A DNA stretch of 10,428 bases from Candidatus Hadarchaeales archaeon (GTDB lineage: Archaea > Hadarchaeota > Hadarchaeia > Hadarchaeales > Hadarchaeaceae): positions 1 through 10,428 of the forward strand of contig JAVZGN010000028.1 in assembly GCA_038872135.1 (NCBI GenBank), in the 5' to 3' direction. The notes beneath the pieces are model-generated. The model was not told the DNA's origin, ran no database searches, and saw only the letters and a list, made by a program, of their open reading frames with translations. Both the position numbers and the translations under genes were made by a program. This document shows positions 5,801-10,428 of the stretch, in pieces. How positions within the stretch are numbered: the stretch's first letter is position 1; each line of letters starts with the position of its first letter.

Positions 5801-8800
5801 CCACAGGATACTTGTAGTTGAAGGTGACAAGGAGCCTGTTGTAGTTGTCCGTGAACATCGGGTGGAGTTTGATCACTCCTGCGAGAAGCGTCGCATGGGT
5901 TGCCGGGATTGCCATGAAGGCGGCTGGCGGGGTGTCTACCATCACGAGGTTTTCGATGACAGAGTACATCGGGAGGTCGTTCATGTTGAAGTTTTCGAAC
6001 TTTAGCTTCAGGTAGATGTTTTCTATCGAGATCTCGAGGTCGAAGTAGCCCGCAAAGACCTCCTTGTAGTACTTGCCCAGAGCGTCGGTGGAGAACTCAA
6101 AGGCCTTTTCAGTTGTGCCGAGTTCATAAAAGGTGAATTTTGTTGCAACAGGAATGCCGTCGAGGCTCCTGACCTCACCCTTGATCGTTATCGGGCGACC
6201 GGCGATCATCTCTCTAGAGTTCTCTGCCACGATGTTGTCTGGGTTACTTATAGTCGCCCTCACAGGATAGATGCCACGCTTCGTGAAGATGTGTGTGTAG
6301 GAGTAGCAACCATTGTCAGCTGTATAAACAGTAACCTTGTTCTCGCCAACATAGATGTCCACAGGGTTGTGAGCTACAGGGGTGTTGTCGGGTAAGAGGA
6401 TTGCTCTTCCTGTAAAGGTGAATGGAGTCATCTCCGGAGCCACTTCCGCCTCTGGGACGAGGGTGAGGTGGATTGTTTTGATATTGATCGCCACCGTGTT
6501 CTCCTGCGTCAGACCACGGCTATCGATTGTCCAAGCACTCACATTCTCCGTTCCAAGAGTCATCGGGATCTGGAGCGGGAAGGAGAAGTTTCCAGCGGCA
6601 TCGGTTGTCACCCAGTTCTCCGCACCGAGGTATGTTATCTTCACCGGGGTGTTGTCTATGGGAGTGCCATCTGGAAGCAGCTTCAGGGTTCCTCTTGCGA
6701 AGACATTTTCCTGGCCTGGATTGACCACATTGTCGGTTGTCCAGAGGTGGAGGTTGATCGTCTTAACAGAGAGGGTAACTGGACGGTCGTAGAGGGTCGG
6801 GATGGCATAGATCTTGTGGCCGCTCTGTCCGGTGATGTCAACGAGGAAGCTATAGTTTCCGATGGTTGTCGGTGCCGTGTATTGCTGCCCAAACCTCCAG
6901 TAGCCGTTGCCGAGCGGGATGAGCGCCCTAGTTGTATCCTGCCCCTGCCAGGTGACAGTCATTGTGAGGGGATCTCCAGTATAGGTGGCATCCACTGGGA
7001 ATAGTTCCTCGCCGTTGTTTTCCATTATTCTGACGGCCGGGTAGAATGTTTCTCCTGGGTTGACGATGCTGTCCAACTGCGCGTGGCTGTCGTATGTTCC
7101 AAACCAAGTGTAGACAACTAAGCGGTGCTCGAAGTACTGGGTGTTTTCTCTTGTTATCCCCCCTGGGTCGGTGGCGGAGACGGTTATGCTGTGCTTCTCG
7201 GGCTTTGCAGCGTCGAGGGTATAGAGGTAGGAGTAATTGCCATTTTCATCAGTTGTTGTGGTGTCAAAGTCCAGCCCATCCCTCTTTATGTAAACGGTGA
7301 CGTTACCCACTGGAGTGTTGTCTGGAAGGAGGATAACCTTCCCGTAGATGGTGAAATCTTGGGTAGGCATAACGATGTTGTCGTCAAAGTCTCCCGGCCC
7401 ATCATCGAATTTCAGGGAGATGTTCAAGGTCTTGACATAGAAATAGGTGATGCGAGAGCCCGTGAAGACTCCATAGGTGGCTGAGGCAATTCCCATATAT
7501 GTCCCAATGTAGGGTGGAGAGGTGAATGAGATCGTGTAATAGCCGTTTTCCTGGCTGACCCCCGAGCCACCTGACCCAGACACGGGATTGTTGTTTTGGT
7601 CGTAGACATCTAGGTAGACCGTGACCCCTCCAACCGGAGTGTTTTCTTCCTCTGAGCGGAGGACAACATAGCCCCACAGGATGTTTGGTTGCCCTGGGTT
7701 GACGATGTTGTCGGCGTAGTTCATGGAGATGTCGAGGACTCTGACTCTCATGGTTGCTGTGGCAGATCCCCTGATTTTATCTGGATAGTCGGTTATTCTG
7801 GCGGTGTATATGTAAGTCCCGACCGTTCCAGGAGCATATAAAATCGCACTCCATCTTCCATAGGGGTCTGTTGTCCCCTGCGTCACTTTTGCCTCACCGA
7901 GCCATATTTCCACATTTTCACCCTCAACAGGCAGGTTTTCGGGCATCAGCCTCGCTGAGCCTGAAACAAGGAGCTGTGTGTTCGGCGGGATTATAATTTC
8001 GTTTGTTCCAGTTCTCTCGAAGATGAATGTGAGATAGACTGTTCTCACTGTGAAGTTCCTTGTGTTGTCTCCTTCGATGCCGTCTGCCTCCTTGACGACG
8101 TATACCCTGATGGTGTTTGCGCCAAGGTTTTGTGGGGCGAGAAGGGTGACAGAGTAGTTGCCGTCTGTGTCGGTTGTGGTTGATGCCTGCAGGTTTTCAT
8201 TGAGGTAGACGTAAACCCTTGCCCCGCTTTCGATGGTGTAGTCTGGAGCTCTCCTTACAATTCCTGTGATTGTGAGGTTGTCTCCCGGGTTTACCACATA
8301 GTCCTCTTCCATCGTCGGGGTGTAGAATATCTGGATGGTTGGCCAGAGCCTTTCAACCCTAAAGGTCGCGATGTTTTCCTCATAGGTGTTGTCGTTGTCA
8401 ACCACGCTGACTTTTACAGTGTGGGTGCCTAGGAGGGTTGTGGAGTAGTTGAAGGAGTAGTTGCCGTTTTCGTCTGTAAGGGTTGTTGTTATTAGATTTT
8501 CATCCACCCTGAGCTCAACCTGGCGGTTATCAACCGAGTAGTTGTCTGGCTGCCAGCTAGCTCTGCCGTAGATAGAGAACACCTGTCCTGGGTTTATTGA
8601 ATTGTCTGAGAGGAAGATGTAGATCTGAAGGTCGTTGACTCTGAAAGCAACATTGTCGGACCACTCACTGGCGTTCCCTGCTCTATCAACCGCCCTTACT
8701 CTCCAGTACCAGGTTCCAACCGGGAGAGAGTTCTCGGCTGGTATCGTGAACCAGTTCTCGAAAATGTTGTCTTTTCTGTAGAAGATGGTGGTAAAGGAGC

Positions 8801-10427
8801 TGGTGTCGGAGATTTCCAGAACGAAGTGATGGAGTCCGCTCACATCTTGGGCATTGTCCGTGTTGTCGACAACATTCTCCCAAGTGAAGTATGGGGTGTT
8901 GTCGGAAGTTGTTATGCCGATTGGGTGGAGCGGGGTTGGGGTAAGCGGTGGAACCCTGTCGACGATGAAGACGAGGTTGTCTGACCATTCCCCTGTCAAT
9001 CCTGAGCGGTCAACCGCTCTTACTCTCCACCAGTACTTTCCATCCTTTGGATAGTATATCGTGATAGTGGAGGATGAAATGTTGTTGAAGTCATCGGAGC
9101 CGAAGATTCCTGGTGGCGGGCATGGCTCTGAATAGGTGGGCTCATTGTCTACCTGAATTTCATAGTGGTCTATTCCTGAAGAGTCGTAGACATCAGGCCA
9201 ATCGTGAATCACTACAACGAACTCTCCGCTGACAGTGTTTTCTGCCCCATTGTTTTCTGGTTTTGCCAGGGCGATGTTCGGCGGCGGTGGCGGGGTCACG
9301 TCGACGATGAATGTCCACACAGGGCTGCTTTCACTCCTGTTCCCTGCGGCGTCCCAAGCGAAGACCTTGAAGGAATAATTGCCCTCTGGGAAGCCTGTAG
9401 CGGCCGGCCAGTTTTCGTCTAAGTAGTTGAAGATGTTGTCGGTTGAGAAGCAGATGTAGTCGACCGAGCTGAAGTCGTTGTCGTTGTCTACATGGATCTC
9501 ATACATGGTTGTACCTGCGGTTTCCCCTGTTGGCGAGAATGAGATGTCTGTGACGCGGTTCCAGTGGATGTACAGTTTGTTATCTCGAGAAATCAGGCCA
9601 TCTCCAGCATATGGCTTGCCTGCAATTTCTATGGCTGGGGAGTAGGTGGGGGCGGGCGGAGGCCTAGTGTCTATGAGGATTGACCATGTATCTGAGAAGG
9701 CTCCCGGTCTCCTTGCGAGCGGCCAGTTCTTCCCGTCCCATGCCCTCACCTTCCAGAAGTAGTTCTCGTCGGAGAGCTGGATGGGCATCGTGTAGAAGTT
9801 GTCGTCGGTGTTGTCTATGAAGAGCTTTCCGCCGGAGTTGTCGAAGGTCGGGGAGTTGTCTATCCAGATTTCGTAGGAGACGCCAGTCACATCATACACC
9901 CTCGTCCACTCAAAGAACGGCGTGTTGTCGTTTGTTATCTTACCATCGACTGGAGATTTCAGGGTTGGGGCCGGCGGCGGGTTGTTGTCTACCGTGAACA
10001 TCCACGGGGTTCCCCAGCCACTCTGGTTTCCAGCCCAGTCCCAGGCCGAGACTCTCCAATACCAGACGCCATCTGCAAGATAAGTCTGGAAGGTGTTGGT
10101 GATGTTGTCGAGATAAACATCATTTTCTGGGCTAGAGAAGTCCAGGTTGTTGTCTATCTGAAGTTGATATCTCCAGATATCTGCCCTTTCTCCCGTCGGT
10201 GAGCCACTGGCGTCGGTTGACTCCTGGAAGCTGAAGAAGACGGTGGCGCTGGTGAAGTTTTCATTGTTTTCAGGTCCTGTTTTCACAGGAATTGAGGGAG
10301 CAACTGTATCTATGAGAATCCAGTTGATTCCTGACCAGTCACTCCAGTTCCCGGCCTTGTCTTCAACCTTGACCCTCCAGTAGTAGAGTTCGTCGGTGGG
10401 GCTGGAGAAGGAGACATATCGGATGGA
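2829..10427 (-). CDS. Giant (at least 2532 aa, 5'-partial) single-pass surface protein: FN3/Ig repeats + coiled coil + TM + cytoplasmic HerA/FtsK/VirB4-like (DUF87-type) ATPase
   Basis: One uninterrupted frame. It stays open for 47 codons upstream of the ORF-track GTG (10286), to the window edge, encoding SIRYVSFSSPTDELYYWRVKVEDKAGNWSDWSGINWILIDTVAPSIP, which is another repeat copy. TM helix at 4347-4409, Walker A at 4155-4178, Walker B at 3777-3794. Confidence 0.93.
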   Translation of the reverse strand, partial: SIRYVSFSSPTDELYYWRVKVEDKAGNWSDWSGINWILIDTVAPSIPVKTGPENNENFTSATVFFSFQESTDASGSPTGERADIWRYQLQIDNNLDFSSPENDVYLDNITNTFQTYLADGVWYWRVSAWDWAGNQSGWGTPWMFTVDNNPPPAPTLKSPVDGKITNDNTPFFEWTRVYDVTGVSYEIWIDNSPTFDNSGGKLFIDNTDDNFYTMPIQLSDENYFWKVRAWDGKNWPLARRPGAFSDTWSILIDTRPPPAPTYSPAIEIAGKPYAGDGLISRDNKLYIHWNRVTDISFSPTGETAGTTMYEIHVDNDNDFSSVDYICFSTDNIFNYLDENWPAATGFPEGNYSFKVFAWDAAGNRSESSPVWTFIVDVTPPPPPNIALAKPENNGAENTVSGEFVVVIHDWPDVYDSSGIDHYEIQVDNEPTYSEPCPPPGIFGSDDFNNISSSTITIYYPKDGKYWWRVRAVDRSGLTGEWSDNLVFIVDRVPPLTPTPLHPIGITTSDNTPYFTWENVVDNTDNAQDVSGLHHFVLEISDTSSFTTIFYRKDNIFENWFTIPAENSLPVGTWYWRVRAVDRAGNASEWSDNVAFRVNDLQIYIFLSDNSINPGQVFSIYGRASWQPDNYSVDNRQVELRVDENLITTTLTDENGNYSFNYSTTLLGTHTVKVSVVDNDNTYEENIATFRVERLWPTIQIFYTPTMEEDYVVNPGDNLTITGIVRRAPDYTIESGARVYVYLNENLQASTTTDTDGNYSVTLLAPQNLGANTIRVYVVKEADGIEGDNTRNFTVRTVYLTFIFERTGTNEIIIPPNTQLLVSGSARLMPENLPVEGENVEIWLGEAKVTQGTTDPYGRWSAILYAPGTVGTYIYTARITDYPDKIRGSATATMRVRVLDISMNYADNIVNPGQPNILWGYVVLRSEEENTPVGGVTVYLDVYDQNNNPVSGSGGSGVSQENGYYTISFTSPPYIGTYMGIASATYGVFTGSRITYFYVKTLNISLKFDDGPGDFDDNIVMPTQDFTIYGKVILLPDNTPVGNVTVYIKRDGLDFDTTTTDENGNYSYLYTLDAAKPEKHSITVSATDPGGITRENTQYFEHRLVVYTWFGTYDSHAQLDSIVNPGETFYPAVRIMENNGEELFPVDATYTGDPLTMTVTWQGQDTTRALIPLGNGYWRFGQQYTAPTTIGNYSFLVDITGQSGHKIYAIPTLYDRPVTLSVKTINLHLWTTDNVVNPGQENVFARGTLKLLPDGTPIDNTPVKITYLGAENWVTTDAAGNFSFPLQIPMTLGTENVSAWTIDSRGLTQENTVAINIKTIHLTLVPEAEVAPEMTPFTFTGRAILLPDNTPVAHNPVDIYVGENKVTVYTADNGCYSYTHIFTKRGIYPVRATISNPDNIVAENSREMIAGRPITIKGEVRSLDGIPVATKFTFYELGTTEKAFEFSTDALGKYYKEVFAGYFDLEISIENIYLKLKFENFNMNDLPMYSVIENLVMVDTPPAAFMAIPATHATLLAGVIKLHPMFTDNYNRLLVTFNYKYPVDMRWVGDIWNLRLYASDNWIYENRKGSFDWVQISEKDDIDIIQYSITADDNTFSLVTAYALAEFDPLASVILQFQQAVESMQQSAQALLEAAGRAENAAGALENIVSGLATQENVRTLMDIQQQMLELQENFLDMQKQLTQMQENTTAAIATIRQTIDNIITVIGDIISLVNQIQSGQVGLASLIENISREVGGLSNRVSNLEQYQNALKQDLDAVYQKLIEAYKMIEENIVPKQPITVKPESIVLEIHQEKYADATLEVTSQVFTPLGIQISISSGIQKFLPSPYTYSITLGPREVTNLSFRFSVSAHERLGVNTGEIRFTNSTTGEVYKIVPVTIYVLPMARGMFDVSVVAPDQIKPGSSTTAQVILTNKGAMDSDVVVSMWLVSPTGENIFIQEKTTKVPAGDSRTMDFTVTIPDNALEGNYTLLAIAEYPINGESLTVRGRTAIRVGEPGQRVSILGLSPWMFGLLIAALIASGISGYFGYKYYKKRLLAKKRFLGTIFQEELPKPGPDSIKLGQLAEIGGDAWLRLEDLRMHTITAGATGGGKTISSMVIVEEALMKGCNAIIFDPTAQWTGFLRKCTDKKMLSHYPKFGLKESDARSFPGVVKLITNPRQKLDMKELIGEAAKGKITVFVIERLKPGDLDVFVTNVIQSIFESRPQEYPGLKTLLVFDECHRLLPKYGGTGAGVIQLERAVREFRKWGIGVMMVSQTIADFSETIQTNCRTQILFWTREEDELKRVALKYGEEHVKSVSRAAIGHAMLVNPDYNRGRPYYVNFRPILHSTFRLSPEELDKYYAADDRIETVKYKLKKLEEKGVDVFDLRIELGLAQRKLEEASFDMVNAYLDSLEPRVDDVCARHGLKGIKREIELISEEDIRRAQMAAIKERERMLATTKRPPEIVEAYRELLAPRREVEVGEVSKPLKEDIHPDALKEMEAEKKAVEEAEVKKMEEVERGEMVKVKIEKKPAKKPAPKAKAKGKNGGGKKGR
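3459..4259 (-). other. HerA/FtsK/VirB4-superfamily P-loop ATPase domain of the giant protein (~267 aa)
   Basis: LRMHTITAGATGGGKT (His-preceded Walker A), IIFDPTAQW (hhhDP..[E/Q][Y/W] strand typical of HerA/DUF87), LLVFDECHRLLP (Walker B), VREFRKWGIGVMMVSQ (R-E-x-R-K-x-G arginine-finger motif plus hhhSQ; 3666-3710) and IQTNCRTQILF. Confidence 0.9.
4347..4409 (-). other. Single transmembrane helix, N-out/C-in
   Basis: WMFGLLIAALIASGISGYFGY (21 uncharged residues) is followed at once by KYYKKRLLAKKR, as expected from the positive-inside rule. Confidence 0.9.
4440..5100 (-). other. Two membrane-proximal Ig-like (CARDB/NEW3-like) beta-sandwich domains
   Basis: ITVKPESI...ITLGPREVTNLSFRFSV....LGVNTGEIRF...IVPVTIYV, and FDVSVVAPDQIKPG....QVILTNKG...VPAGDSRTMDFTVTIPDNALEGNYTL. 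Confidence 0.65.
5113..5603 (-). other. Extracellular coiled-coil stalk (~160 aa)
   Basis: Pro-free, Q/E/A/L/I-rich heptad segment from LASVILQFQQAVESMQQS to LIEAYKMIEEN, bounded by DP and VPKQP. Confidence 0.8.
6200..8636 (-). repeat. Array B: about 8 diverged ~100-aa Ig-like protein repeats
   Basis: Recurring consensus L.l....dn.vnPGq.f.i.G.....Pdn.Pv....V.i.......TTD..GnYs.......G...i.v...d.....eN...f.V. Markers SINPGQ, VVNPGD, IIPPNT, IVNPGQ, IVMPTQ, IVNPGE, VVNPGQ and VAPEMT are spaced ~280-340 nt apart. An exact 15-nt DNA repeat lies at 7054-7068 and 7693-7707. Confidence 0.8.
8637..10427 (-). repeat. Array A: five complete plus one partial FN3-like protein repeats (~100-125 aa), continuing beyond the window
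   Basis: Consensus PP..P.l..P..g....dntp.f.W..v.D..g...Y.i.iDn...Fs........G.yyWrVrA.D.aGN.s.Ws....f.vD. Core motifs lie near 10333-10386, 10014-10064, 9723-9761, 9327-9377, 8982-9035 and 8658-8711. DNA at 8686-8705 and 9010-9029 matches at 19 of 20 positions. Confidence 0.85.
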
Positions 10428-10428
10428 C

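Noticed and set aside
3415-9422. Many 60-200 aa nested ORFs within the giant gene on both strands
   Set aside because: They have no motifs or independent SD/promoter evidence, and are explained by the codon bias of the main frame.
5640-10160. Frequent GTTGTC / GTTTTC / GTTCTC hexamers on the + strand, at first suggestive of a CRISPR or DNA repeat array
   Set aside because: They are the reverse complements of Asp-Asn and Glu-Asn codon pairs. Spacing is irregular, synonymous variants occur, and there is no 25-40 nt conserved repeat, so the signal is at protein level.
2829-10427. Intein, frameshift or diversity-generating-retroelement target in the giant gene
   Set aside because: There are no intein motifs at the Walker A site, the frame is uninterrupted, and no reverse transcriptase or long near-identical TR/VR pair is visible in the window.

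Overview
Archaeal-looking chromosomal DNA (deoxyhypusine synthase, standalone LplB, GGTGA-type Shine-Dalgarno sites, very tight gene packing) with five real genes. On the + strand is a deoxyhypusine synthase family gene (109..1134). It converges on four - strand genes. (1) A giant single-pass membrane protein, truncated at the window edge (at least 2532 aa, 2829..>10427). It has two arrays of Ig/FN3-like repeats, a ~160-aa coiled coil, two more Ig-like domains, one TM helix, a cytoplasmic HerA/FtsK/VirB4-superfamily (DUF87-like) P-loop ATPase and a basic tail. (2) A translationally coupled soluble coiled-coil protein. (3) A macrodomain protein. (4) An overlapping LplB-like lipoate ligase C-terminal subunit. 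The best candidate for an undescribed system is the adhesin-like protein fused to a translocase ATPase, together with its coiled-coil partner. A second strong signal is a [D/E]-N dipeptide bias restricted to the predicted extracellular part. I saw no RNA genes, CRISPR arrays or mobile elements. All domain calls are by eye from motifs, all counts are manual, and no database searches were run.
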